Both the position numbers and the translations under genes were made by a program. A stretch of DNA of 64,000 nucleotides, taken from Chrysomallon squamiferum (lineage: Eukaryota > Animalia > Mollusca). Shown here piece after piece: positions 1 through 14,977 of this stretch. The notes under the pieces are model-generated. The model made no database searches. It was not told where the DNA came from and worked only from the letters and a program-made list of their open reading frames with translations. Position 1 is the stretch's first letter; every line of letters starts with the position of its first letter. Location: positions 17,174,001 through 17,238,000 of the forward strand of contig CM022667.1 in NCBI GenBank assembly GCA_012295275.1, written 5' to 3'.

Positions 1-439
1 TATCAAAAAACAAAACAAGGGAAAAAAAGAAAAAAAAAAAAGAAAAAAAAGCAGAACAAGATTTTGTTTAGTTGCAGATTATATTTATGTATTTGTCTAC
101 TTCTTCTAGTGCAACCACTACTGATTTAATTACTATTGAAACTACTATCACAAGTTCTACTACTAGTACTCTAGTTCCATATTACTATTACTACTACGAC
201 TGCTACTGCTCTTGCTACTGCTACCGCTACTATTAAAACTAATACAGTAGTACTACTATTGCTTCTGTTCTTGTTCTGCTACTGCTCCTCCTGTTACTAC
301 TGTTACTACTACTATCACTACAGCCACCACTTCTACTATGACTTCAGGTTACTAGTATTAAAATGGTTCCTGACAGCAGTACTTAAGGAATAGTAGTTGT
401 TGTTACTGAAAATGCTGCTAATGTTTATGAACTTCCTTC

Positions 440-548
<109 letters not shown>

Positions 549-1663
549 ACCTTTTAAAAAAAAAAAAATTATTGATTAATATAACCAGACGAATTGATGT
601 CGCTCAAGCGAAACCCTTTTCGTAAAATAAAAACCTTCATAATTTATATCACGTACAAGTTTAATACCAGCTGAATGGTAAAATATCAAATTGTGTGATG
701 TCAAAAGGATGAGAAGTGACAGAGAGACAGGCTTGATGAATTACTATTAAATTAATACACAGGTCTCGCCACACACATTCGCTACGACTCGAAATCCTGT
801 TGCCTATTCAGCGTTGACAAAAACCTCACGACAACGGCGACAACAATCGCGCCACAGCATCCATCCACAGTCGAGTTGTTTCGCGCCCTGATCGCCGTGT
901 CGTCATGTCACATCTACGCCATAATGTTTATAAAGCGGCCTTCACACTGGGCGATTTTCCGTAACAGCTTGCTGCAACTGAATGAAAGAATGAACGTTTG
1001 TTTAATGACATGTATCGTTATTAACGATTATTAATTTGGCATTGGATGTAATACTTTTTTGTAGTTTACGTACAATAATGACACTGAGCCGTTAAAGACT
1101 ATGACGTCACAGAATAAGTTACTGTTACCAAAACTAAACAATAACAGATTTTTCAATTTACACCTTGCCATGGAAAGGGAAGGACAAATTATAAGCGTTG
1201 ACAAACCATTTCTTGAACTCTGACTGGAAAAGGATGTGGACTAATCAGCAGCTTTAATAACACAACTTGTAGCAAGACCGTTTTCTTCTGAAAAAAATTA
1301 AAATTTCTAAATATAAATAAATAAATAAATAAAAAATAAGCATGGATAAGAAATTTGGTTAAACCAATAGAATTTTTATAATGATGACGACAAGAAAAAC
1401 AGCTGTAATAATGATAATGATAATATAGATAATTCGATTTGATATCCAACAAGTGAGATTATCTAAAGCTACAAATTGATGCAATGCGTTGCTTAGTAAG
1501 ATCGCACCAATATAAATATGTGTGTTCCGACATCATCCTTTGTTATCGTAATCTGACCTCATTAATTCTACACTCCTCCCCCGAAGAAACGAAACTCAAC
1601 ACTCCTGAAGTTCTCATTTGATGTTCTCTTGAAGTTTTCTTCTTTCTTCTTTTCTTTCCTCCG

Positions 1664-1710
<47 letters not shown>

Positions 1711-2170
1711 TTGATAGCACGTGCACGTTTATGGTGAGTGAGAGTGTAGGGGTCCTGTGTGAAGATGTAAAAGATAAATTTAATATTTAGATTTTTAGGT
1801 GGAGTTTTTTTAGTTATTTTTTTTTTCCTTTTTTAATTTTTTGCCCCGAGGCATAAATACGCTTCAATATAATGCAGGGTAATTGTAATATAACTGTGTA
1901 AAGGAGTGGTGTACTTATTCATCTATGACACACAGTCTTCATTACTGTCTCATCATCGTCGTCGTCATCATCATCATTATGATCATCAATGTGTTTTCTG
2001 TATGCTTTGTCATCATTATTACCTTTGAGTCCTTGTGTAACAGTAGTAGTGTGTATGTTAGTACTGATATTAGTTGTAATAACAGCTGAGTAACAGTCGT
2101 TGTTGTAAGAATAACGTAGTTTAACATTTAATAGTAGCTGGAGTAGTGGTAATAGTAGTCATAAGCAGTC

Positions 2171-2203
<33 letters not shown>

Positions 2204-3420
2204 ATAGTAGGAGTAGTAGTAGTGGTAATAGAAGCAGTAGTAGTAATAGTTATATTAGTGGTAATAGTGGTAGTATAAATTATAATTGTAAGTGTGATAT
2301 TAATTCTGTTCATTAGGTGATATATAAAAACTAGTGTCTTTGCTTATATCTCTTATATAGTAAAACTACTGAAGTGTGACAGTTCATTCTTATGTGAAGA
2401 TTTAAAAATCACATATTTCATTAAATATTGAAAAAATAGAATGTTTTGGTTAGAACTCTATCTCCATCTTCGGAAGCTAATTTTGTAAAAACTAAAATGC
2501 ATTTGATTAAATTTCAGAAAAAAATGGGCAATCTTAAAACACATATTTTTACTTCAGTTTGCAGAAATAAGGATCTTTTGTACAAAAGGATTAAGTTCTA
2601 TTTATTAATTAATTAATAATTTATTAGTACGACTACTGCCAATACTGCTGCTACTGGTACCACTACTACTACTGGTACCACTACTACTACTATTACTCTT
2701 ACTATTATTATCATTACCACTACTACTACTATTACTCTTATTGTTGTTGTTGTTGTTTGTTTTTTGTGGGGTTTTTTTTTTGTTTCTTTTCAGGGTTTTT
2801 TTCTGAATTTTTATTGAGTATATTTATTTATTTCTTCGTCTTCTTCGTCTTCTTTTTCTTCTTCATTGTTTTATAAATATATATATATATAATTTTTTTT
2901 TATTCTTTCTATTGGACAAAGAATATAATTTTATTTTCAGTTTGAATTTTACTGAGTATTTTTATTTTATTCATCTTCTTCTTCTTTGTTTTATTCATTT
3001 ACCATATCTTGTGGGGTTTTGGTGGGATTTTTTCGATTGGACATAAGAATATAATTTTATTCTCAGTGTGAATTAAGTTTTCCACTAACACAATTTTTAT
3101 ATTCACAGAGCTCATGTTGTAAAGTTTGGTTAGTGATAAAGGCGAGTATGAACGTATAATGTTTTCTGCTATAATCTTTTTTTTCCTCGGCCGACATACA
3201 TCATACTGGTTCTGGAAACACGTTGGCAGTTTATCAAAATATCTGGTATTTTCTGAATGCGAGAAGAAATTTCAAAAACTCGACCTAGCATACCAACTTA
3301 ATAATCGCTATGCGAGCTGGAACCACACAAAACAAAGCAATAATTTATGCGTGTAAAACGCATAAAATATTTTATAAATAAATAAATAAATAAATAAATA
3401 AATTTATTTAAATATGACAG

Positions 3421-3600
3421 CACAGTATCAACCAATGGGCCAGCCAATATAACAATAACTTCTTAATTTAACATCACGTGACCCAGAAGAGTCGGTTGTT
3501 TATAATTATCCAATCAAACTGCTCGGTGACAATTCTGCAACAGGTGGCGCTAATTTAGCTGCAGGCCACGTGACCATCGAGGGGAGAAAAAAAAAACGAA
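3421..3600. promoter_or_regulatory. Motif-dense island: three CCAAT boxes, two CACGTGAC E-boxes, one CTCF-like site
   Basis: CCAAT at 3432, 3444 and 3510; TCACGTGAC at 3474-3482; CCACGTGAC at 3566-3574; TGCAACAGGTGGCGCTA at 3536-3552. Confidence 0.45.
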
Positions 3601-4233
3601 CGTGGGGGGAGAAATTAGAAGAAAACGAGGCGATGGGTGGTCTTGGTGTTTATTAAATTTAAAAAGGAGAGAGTTGTGTTGAAACGGAAAGAAAAACAAA
3701 ACCATTTGGTGAAATGATACCGTTGTTAAGGCAACACGTTTCTTTGCTGTGGAAATTGAAACTTGGGCCCATATTAATCGGTTTAAAATGTCCAAAAGCT
3801 TTGGCACATTAAGTTTATTGTCACAATTCGTCTCTCTCTCTCCCTTTTTTAAAATGGAAGCCGTGTTTAAAAAAAAAAAAGATTGTTAAATTATCGACAA
3901 AACACGAAGGAGTGGCTTTTCAAAATAAAATCTGTAGAAATGTAATGTAAATTTAATTGTTTTATTTCGTTTTGTCTGATTTTACATTACGCAGCTCCGT
4001 TTTACAAACTCTTGATTGTTCCAGGCAAATGGGTCTTGTTCGTATTTTTGATTGGTCCGCTTCTTCGTTCATTATTCAGTTATTCATTCATCATTTATTT
4101 GTTCGTTCTTTCTTTTTATTTCTTAGCATCCTCTTTTTCTCTCATTCCTTTTTTTCTAATCTTATCATTCATCTTTTTTATTTCAATCTTTAAATTATTC
4201 GTTCATAACTTCTTTATATTTTCTTTCTTTTTG

Positions 4234-4289
<56 letters not shown>

Positions 4290-4699
4290 GGTGGTGGTGG
4301 TGGTACTGTTACTGTTGCTGTTGTTGTTGTGGCTGTTGTTAAGATTATTAAATTATAATAATAATCAAGATAATTTATTTATTTATATCTAGAATCTGCT
4401 AACGTGGGCTAAGAAAATCTTAATGACGTCAACAATGTTTTGACGTTACAGTAACAGTTGAATGACGTCACGTCTTTGACGTTTTTCAGTTAGTGGTACC
4501 AGGAAAAAGTGTGTGTTAAGTATTTATCATTTGTATTAAAGTTTTCTTTAACAGTAACAAGACGTTATATAATTTATGCTTAATTATGATGATTATAGCC
4601 GTCACTATTGTTATTATTTTATTAAACAGAGTACTATTTATCTTTGTTTGAGTGAATGAATTAAGAATTTCCGTTCCTGAAATCTAATAAAATATAGAG

Positions 4700-4704
4700 A
4701 AAAA
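4700..4704 (-). terminator. RNA polymerase III terminator (T5) of tRNA-Thr
   Basis: AAAAA on the plus strand reads TTTTT about 11 nt downstream of the tRNA 3' end. Confidence 0.7.
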
Positions 4705-4715
4705 TGTTGACTAGC

Positions 4716-4788
4716 AGCCACCAGTGAGAATCGAACTCACGACCCCTGGTTTACAAGACCAGTGCTCTAACCACTGAGCTATGGTGGC
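4716..4788 (-). tRNA. tRNA-Thr(TGT): tRNA-Thr, anticodon UGU, intronless, 73 nt
   Basis: Reverse complement GCCACCATAGCTCAGTGGTTAGAGCACTGGTCTTGTAAACCAGGGGTCGTGAGTTCGATTCTCACTGGTGGCT. The acceptor (GCCACCA/TGGTGGC), D (GCTC/GAGC), anticodon (CTGGT/ACCAG, loop CT-TGT-AA) and T (GTGAG/CTCAC, loop TTCGATT) stems all pair perfectly, and the A and B boxes are intact. Confidence 0.97.
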
Positions 4789-4856
4789 GCTTAGTAATCA
4801 TGATTAAAACTTTGGAAATAAACTAAATTAGGTTATAATAAATTTAAAATACAATG

Positions 4857-5059
<203 letters not shown>

Positions 5060-5579
5060 TCCTTCAGATGGTTTTTTTTGTTGTTATGGTGACGATCACG
5101 CTACCATTATAATGATTATTAGTAACGGCTTTTAGATACTATAATGTAAATACATGAATATTCATTAAATAACTAGTATAATTTGTTTTTTAAAATAAAT
5201 AAATAAATAAAATAATGTTCTACGTAGAACTGTAGACAAAAGGAATATTGTGTAACAACAACATCTGTATAATTCTTAAGACTGTGTTAGTCATTGAATT
5301 ATTATTATTATAATTATTAATATTATTGTTGTTGTGGTCTTTTTTATTGTTGCTGTTGTTGTTCTTGTTGTTGTTGTTGTTGTCGTTGTTATTGTTACTG
5401 TTGTTGGTGTTCTTGTTATTATTATTGTTGTTATTTTTGTTGTTGTTATTATAATTTATTACTGTCCTTTGTGTTGTTGTTTTTACTGTTTTTTTCACTA
5501 ATGTTATCATTTTCATCATCATCATCATCATTATTGCTATTGCTCTATTGATTATTAGTACTTTTATTTACTCTGATAC

Positions 5580-6360
5580 TTTGTAATCATCTCAGACTGG
5601 ACGCTATAATGAATCAAATAATCGCTTAAAAGTTTACGTCTTTCAATTATTGTATTTTCGCAGAAAACAGCGTACAGTTTAACTATAAACTCAAACAACA
5701 ATTATGCAGCTTTCGATGTTTTTTTCACCCTGGCGACACTGACATTGATTTTAACGGTTCTACAAAGGTAATAACCAGGGTTATGAATATTCAAAAGGCG
5801 AGGAGTAATAAAAGGCTAATTAACTGAGTGCTGTTCTCAACACTTAATTTAATTTCCATGTGCGTCAGGATTAAAAACCGCTCACCGCTGACCCCTCCCA
5901 CTAATGATTTTTGATACGTCCCTTACTGCGCTTTTCCCCCGCTGCACTGGGAGAACGCGGAGTCTGAACATTCTTAATGACGGATATGTGCACGAAGATT
6001 AATGAACTATGAAACACAAAAATACTCTCGCCATTTTTAAATCTTTCTATCCCCCACAAACCTAATTCCTACTCAGCGCCACCCTGCGACACATGATTTC
6101 AGTCAAATCGTCCATGCGCGTGCCGATAATGCACCCACGCCATTAATCATCACCATTATCACCGTCCAGCTTTTTATTTAACACCCAACAACCATTTCCC
6201 CTCCCCGACCACCTCCCCCGAAACAAACCCCGCTCGTCACCTGTAGAGTGTATTGAACAGCGACAGAGCGTGACGGCAGTTTATAAAATAATTACCAAAC
6301 TCCGCTGGGGGTACATTTAGCTGAGTGATACGACATCGCAGTATTATATCATGGGTTGTT
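5580..6360. promoter_or_regulatory. Candidate enhancer island rich in homeodomain (TAAT) cores
   Basis: About 800 bp of repeat-free, CpG-containing sequence with no ORF of 60 aa or more and many TAAT/TTAAT/TGAT motifs. Confidence 0.3.
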
Positions 6361-8233
6361 GAAGCGCTTGAAATAAAGATGATTTTTTTTTTCCCCACTC
6401 TACTTCTTTCTTTTGGTTTCTAGCTCATTAAAACAAATTTAAAAAAAAAAGAAATAGTTTCGTTCTTATCAAAAGATCCAGTGATATGGTTTACTAGTGT
6501 AATTGAAATTAACGGAGTAGAAGAAAAATAATAAATTACAAATTATAATTTGTTTAATGAATTCATTTAGCACGGTCTGTGACATGGTAAATTTCTACTT
6601 TGTGTAGCAGAAGAAAACATTCACAAGTAGAACGTTGATATCTTTGTATTCGAATACACCAACACGTTATTCATAAGCACGTACATTCATTCGTACCTAA
6701 ACGCAAATGCATGAACGGACGTATGTGTATCCACATGTAAACAATTCAACATATATCACAGAATTTTATAGTAACACCAGAACAAAAATAAAAACTGAAG
6801 ATAAAGGAGAAGGAAAAGGGAAATAAAAGAGGAAATAAAAAGCGAGATTTGAAAAGAGGAATTGATAAAAAAAAAAAAAAAGAAGAAGAAGAAAGGGAAT
6901 TTTAGAACATGCAAAAGTCTAGAAAAATTGTGTAATTAAATAACAAATATATATTAACAAAATGACGAACAAAGAACAAAAAAATAATGTTAATTAAAAA
7001 TAAAGAAATACAAAAAATAAATAAAAAATAAATAATTAAACGTAAGAAAATTCAGAAAACGTTAAAAAAAAAAAAAAAAAAAAAAATAATCATATGTTTT
7101 ACAAAACTCTGTAATATGAAGAAAGACATAATTTCCTGGTCGCTTCTTTTTAGAACCATCCATTTACATTTCGCATCAATTACGACACAAAACGTTTGGA
7201 GAATTCCTCACAAGCTCGCCAATTATGCTGCAGTTTGGACGTTCAAAGCGCTTTTCAAAGACAGATTCAGCTGTTGTGCTAGGCAGAGCCCAATTGGATG
7301 CGTAAACAGATAAATAACAAACAAATAAATACATCACTCTTCGCCCATATCTCTTCCATCTGTGTTCGTTAAAAGGTGTCACTATCGTCCGTCCGTCATA
7401 GCTTGTAGATAGGTAAATTAAAAGCCCACAGGTGCGAAAACGCGGGCGAAACATTTTGAAAGAATTTTTTTTTTTTTTTTTTTTTTAAGCCCCGACTTCT
7501 CTGTCAAGTTTAATTCTGACAAGCGCACAGCTGCAAATAACAAGCCCCATTTCTCGTGATTTTTTTTTTCTAATTTTTTTTTGATTTTTTTTTTTTCTTC
7601 TTCTTCTTCTTCTTCAAATTCACCCACCACTTCTGCTTCTTTTTGTAACGCGCTCTGCTTGGAAGTTTTTCGTGAATATTTGTTCTGAGAAAAAGCGTTC
7701 GGAAATAGAAACATCTCGGCCGGGAATTTCTTTCCATTTCGTTCCTGGCTGACGTACGCGGATAGAGTAACGCGCGAAGTGCAGGTGCAACACGCTGCGG
7801 TAGACACGGCACTGCATCGTCATGACGTCATCCATGGGAAACATAATTAGCCGTATTTTTAAGAATTTTATTTTTATTTTTTGAAAGTATGGAAAGCATA
7901 GAGTGAACAGCTGTACAAACTAGTTAAACTCTCTTGGTAACAGAAAACTAATAACACTAGGAATGGGGTGCTAGGAATGGTTGGTCTGGTTGTGGTTGTG
8001 TGTCAGTGGTGGATGTGGTGATGGTGGTGTTGATGGTGGTTGACGATAGTTTGGTGAAGAGATGGTGGTGGTGTACTGATGACAAAGGGTTGGCGATGAT
8101 GACGATCAAGGTGGTTGTTGTGGTGTTTACGCCTGTGATGATAATGGTGTTGATTGTGCGGTTGTGTATTGTATAGTTGTAATTGTAATCATAAATCTGA
8201 TGACGATGCAGAAAACATAGAGAGACAGAGACT

Positions 8234-8337
<104 letters not shown>

Positions 8338-9308
8338 ATTAGTGTCAGTGGAATTGCTGTCCAGTGCTTTAAGTTTTCGTTAGACTAATTTAGAAATGAA
8401 TTTTTTGGATCCAAATTTCACACTTGATTCATCTATACGTGTACACAGAGCAGCTGTTTACGTTTTATATTATTATTGTTGGTGTTGTTGTTGTTACTGT
8501 TGTTATTATCATTATTAATTGTATTTGTATTATTATTGTTATGTCTGTAGTTGTAGTTGTTGTCTTCGTCATCAACATGATCATTATTAGTAGAAACAAC
8601 AGCTTTCTAGCCGCAGCTACAACATTTTTATTTTTACTATTTTTATTTTTGTGTTTTACCACGAAAACCTGGGCCAGCTGGTCTGTGTACCTAATCGTCA
8701 AATCTACAACTAAACATTCCAGCAAAGTCAAACGACATTCTAGTGTTATTTTCACCACCGCGTTTCAGCGGAATCAAATGTTTTAGCCCAGGTGTCATTT
8801 CAGTCCCCTGGGGTCCGGCCATGTTTACATTGGCTGGCAATTTCCGGGTTTCTGATTTTTCGTTCGCCGAGCTGTAGAGTTTAGGGGTGACAAGGGAAAG
8901 CCCGGGGGAGCCGCCAGCTTTTAAAATACACCGTGCAAGCGAGAGAAAGTCGGCGTGCCGTCATGTATATTTCACCAGTTGACAGTTAGCGCTGAGACTA
9001 ATAAGAAGCCGCCGCCTGAAATGAGCAGTTGTCTATTTCATTGCGTGTCACTTTCATTTAGCCCTTCCGAATGTTCCACTGTTTAATAGCGATACCACTT
9101 TTTTCTTCTTCTTGTTTTAAATCGTAATTTCTATTAATGTTTTTATTCAACTTCTTTTTCCTTTTCTTTTTTCTGTTTGTTTGTTTATTTATTTTATTTT
9201 AATTTTTTTTTATGTTTAAATTCTTAAATTATCAGATAAATAAAATTAAAAAAAAATATATAATAAAATAAAAATCTACGGGACATTATCAAGAGAACGA
9301 AAAACACA

Positions 9309-9339
<31 letters not shown>

Positions 9340-10379
9340 AAAAAAAATACAAACGATTAAATAATGATGATGAAAAGGAAAACAACAACTCTATTACACG
9401 AGGAAAAGGAACAACATAAAATGAAAAACATAATAATGAAATGAAATAATAATTATTGAATGAAAATAATAATAATAAGAAACTGAAGAAACATTTCATG
9501 TGAAAAATGATTACAATTTTCAAATGATCTGAAATTTTTGAAAAACAAAACAATAAAAAAAAAAACTATTAAAAATAATAAAAAAGAAAATATTAAAAAT
9601 GTAATATATATATAATTAAAAAAAAACCCCACCTAAATAATAAAAAGAAAACTAAAATGATGATGATGATAAAAATAAAAATAATCAGATGAAATTTTGT
9701 ATAAACATTGATAAACATTTGATAAATATTACACATTTTTCTAGTAAATATAGAATAGTTTACTCATAATTTATTATATTAATTAATTAATTAATTGCTG
9801 TATTTTACAGGTTATTAAAAAAAGAATAATAATAACAATGAAAAAAAAAAAAGAAGAAATATGGAAACTTGATACCAGCGTTCATGTATAAATTTCACAA
9901 CAATATTCGCACGCCTCATTTGTATACAAATCAGACGTAACTAATCCATTTATAGTTTTAATCCTTCCAGTAGTTTTCAGTATAAATAACAATACAGTTT
10001 TAACAATACAACTTTATTTCATTTTTAGAATAAAAGTAATAAAACGAACAGAGTGTGAAAAATAAAGAACTCTTAACTGTAATAATTTTTAATAATTTTT
10101 AATTATCTTTTAATCCTGGCTGCAAAGATTTCAGAATATGTTTTCTAAACCGTGACGTGCAGATTTGCCGCCACGCCGAACATTACATATTTATGTTGAA
10201 AAAACAACGGGATTTGGAAATAAGCGGTTCGCGTAACGCGCTGTCGTGTTGCTTTAAATTAATAATTAATCTGCGTTTTATTTCAGTTTTACACGCGAAC
10301 TCTAATGTATTTATTTATTTGAACGTACGCGTTACCGTGTTTTCATTTTTTTTCCTGTTATATTTAATTATGCTTTGTT

Positions 10380-10418
<39 letters not shown>

Positions 10419-10426
10419 TTTGATAT

Positions 10427-10474
<48 letters not shown>

Positions 10475-10565
10475 ATTTATATTTATATTTATTTACTTAT
10501 CGTTTTAAGTTCTAGGTTGTTATTTTTGTTGTCAGTCCAAATTTTTTTTGTTTTTACTGTATTTA

Positions 10566-10613
<48 letters not shown>

Positions 10614-10742
10614 GTTATTATTATTATCAGTTGTTTTTCTTATTATTATTCTTTTTGATATAGCATATTAGTGATAAAACATAATAAATAAAAAATATTT
10701 TAAAATATAAAAAAGAAAAACAAATTATATAAAAAATCATCA

Positions 10743-10807
<65 letters not shown>

Positions 10808-10878
10808 CGAAATTTAATAGATTTAAATTTAATATGAAAGACTCCAGATAACGATGATGATGGTAATAGTAACAAATA

Positions 10879-10910
<32 letters not shown>

Positions 10911-10992
10911 TATTATTTATTATCCATTTATTTATACATATATATATATATTTTATATACTAGTATATAAAATAAACAAACAAACAAACAAA

Positions 10993-11024
<32 letters not shown>

Positions 11025-11089
11025 ATATTAATAAAATCAAGAGATCAACAGAAATAAATTAAAATGGAGTAAACAGTTAAAATATTTCT

Positions 11090-11154
<65 letters not shown>

Positions 11155-11645
11155 CAATAAAATTTACATTAACAGTTTTTCTAAATACCTTCCTGTACAC
11201 AGGGTTAACATATTTTGTACGATACAGTTATTAATCTAAACGTTTGTTGTCATATAAAATAAAGTTGTATTTACACAGTCTCGAATGTCTAATACTGCAT
11301 CTCGCCGAATAACAAGAATATTTCACTAACAGAAACAAAACTTGACATTTGTACATGTATTCGCGGCTTGTTTCTTCAAAATATCTAAATATGTTTCCAC
11401 GGCTACTTAATTCATTTAATGTACAAGCAAACTTTACACACACAAAAAGACACACACACTTATACACACACACACACACACACACACACAACATACACAC
11501 ACAACACACATACACACATATCAATAAAAGTAAACACGTAAATAAATAAATAAATTATTGAAAATATATAGTTATAGTAATTCAGATGATGACGATGATA
11601 ATTATAATAATGTTGTATCATTGTTGTTCTTATTGTTGCTATTGC

Positions 11646-12130
<485 letters not shown>

Positions 12131-12215
12131 TTGTATTATTCAAATTATGTACAAATGTAAGATTTTTTTATGTTTATATCTATGTGCGTATGAAAAATGT
12201 ATTGCCTATAAGAAA

Positions 12216-12278
<63 letters not shown>

Positions 12279-13317
12279 ATTAAATAATTAAGGTATAATC
12301 GAGATATAATTAAGAAAAAATAGTCACCAATATTATTTATTCATGTTTTTATTTACATTTATTAATTATGTTTTATTATTTTATTTAAATGTTATTGTTG
12401 TTGCTATTATTATAATTATAATTATAATTATAATTATTATTATTATTATTATTATAATTATATTATTATTATTATTATTATTTATTATTATTATTTTTAT
12501 TATTATTATTATTATTATTCAAAGGAACCGTGTGCTTTATATGATCAAACATGTAAGTAAGTAGCATGAAGTTCGGAGAAAAAAAGGAAAACAATGCTTG
12601 AACGAAGCTAAGCATGTAGCATGTATCAAAGACAAATTTTTATTTTTGTTTTTTTTGTTGTCTTTTTCACCTTTTTCACAAAAGAGTAACAAAGTAACGA
12701 ATACTACCGAAGAGTGACCTCCGAAGAATGGCGGAAATGGACAACAAAGTCAACTGGTTTTGATACACATGTATCGCCAAACCCGAAATAGAGAAAAATC
12801 GACACCAGTCTACGGTTTGACAACTGATTCAGCGAGACTGTCGATTTTTGTTTTCTTATGAAACTTAGATCTCTTTTGTGCCTTGTTTCTAGAAATTCTT
12901 TGTTGGTAACTTGAGTGGGGTTTGGGTCATATTTTCGCGGCCACGGTTCTTTCTTCTTTCTTGCTTTGTTTATCGTTTTATGCTCCTTATGGCTGCAGCA
13001 AATTATTTCAAAATTTGTAAAGCATGTTTTTCTTTCGCCTTTTTTTTTTTTTCAGTCTTCCGTTAGGTTCATATTTTTTCTTTTTCATTTTTAGTTGTTT
13101 ATTTTGTTTTTCCTTATGTAATTGGTTGCAATGAAGAGCGCAATATGTTTTATTGTGTAACAGATTTTGTCACGAAATTTTTATGACTTTATTTTGTTTA
13201 GTTTTTCTTACTTCTTGATATCATTGACGTGAAATTAATTTAAAATACATAATTCTGTATTAAATGCATTAGAAATGAATGAAAAGAAACAACAACAACA
13301 ACAACAATAATAATAAA

Positions 13318-13361
<44 letters not shown>

Positions 13362-13528
13362 TAATAAAGATATAATTATATTAACTATAAAGAAAACAGA
13401 AGTTAGAAAATATATCTGAAAAGTAACCTATAATAATATGAAAACAAAAATATATAAATCAAACCAAACAAAAAGCAACTACATAAATAAATTGAAATAG
13501 GAGGAAGAAATAAGGCAGAAGACAATAT

Positions 13529-13559
<31 letters not shown>

Positions 13560-14940
13560 TAATAATAATAATAAGAAGAATAATAATAAAATAATAATAA
13601 TAATATTTACAAAGAATTTAATATATTTGCCTTGTTGTTTCGTCCTATGTCTTCTAAACACATATTCTGATGCGCCTTACTTTCAAATCGGTGCCCGAAA
13701 TCGACGTAAGTGGCGACGACATTTTTACGTAGTGCGGACAAAAGAATTTAAATGCAAAATACTGTTTTGACATGTCACGCAATATTTCTTTGTTATCTTT
13801 AAACCGAAATTGAAATTTTCTCCACATAAAGTCTGTAATCGGCGTTTCCGCCATGCGTGTCAGAGATCCAGTCGAACAAGACGGCCTCACCAATCCAGGA
13901 GAAAAGCCTGGTGCGCGTGCTATAGCTGCAGACGACATCCGCCAAGCAAAGCGCATGCCTAATAACGGCTATCTTTGATCGTCTTGTTTGCGGCATGTCG
14001 TTACGTTCGTTTATTCTCGTGAATTAGTCCCGATAAGTTTCGCCAATTTCTGCCATCAGTGATAATCAGGGGCCCCAAAGATCGATGCATTCGTGCAATT
14101 AACTGCAGTCATATCGTGTTCTCCCCAATCAGACGAAAAGATCCCACGCAGAAAGGGCGGGTCTAAGTAAAACAGAGAACAAAATGAAACGTTGGTGGCA
14201 CGAACGACATTTGGTTTGTACATTTCTGTCATTTCTCTTTGAACGAAATAAAGAGTGAAAATTAAAAAAAAAATGTAGTATAAAATAATAATGTCAACAA
14301 CTGAAAATAATTATACATTTGCAAAGAAAACACAAAAGAGAGAAGAGTAACTCGTTTTATATCTCCATTACGTGTTTCTTTTACGTGTTTTTTTTTTTTT
14401 GTCTCTTACTCGGTATATCATATTTTATTATAATTTTTTTTGTTCGGTCTTCACCATCTCTCTTTTTTTATCGTCTAACCCACCACTCTTTCCCCCCAGT
14501 TCCTGTGACTCTGTCACTCTTGATATCCCTCCCATTACCCCTCCATATTCCTATTAAGTACCCACTTTGTAACTGTATCAGCTATTGACACCCCCACCCA
14601 TCGTATCACTTTCCTAGCCTGACTATGACCGGCTGTGCAGACCGCGCTGTCTGTGCTTTATTCGATAACGTTATACTAGAAATTGTATTACCACTGATTT
14701 CACCAGATAAACGCGAAATCAACTTAAGCGATCCAAGCCTCGCGGCTTCATTGGATGCTGTGAATGTGCTGGGGAAGCTGAGAAAGCATCAAGGGGAAAG
14801 GATTTCTTGTTCTGTTATTTTGTCTCCTGAAAAGAAAAGACACAGTTTTTGGACAGAGAGATAGAGAGGGAGAAAGAGAGTCTGAAAAAGAGAGACAGAT
14901 ATAGATAAATAGGCAGATAGATAGATAGATATATATATAT

Positions 14941-14977
<37 letters not shown>

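Noticed and set aside
13654-14864. Protein-looking ORFs (MRFAWRMSS..., MTGCADRAVC...)
   Set aside because: No recognisable domain, no consistent strand and no evident exon chain; better explained as chance frames in GC-richer non-coding islands. BLASTX or RNA-seq would settle it.
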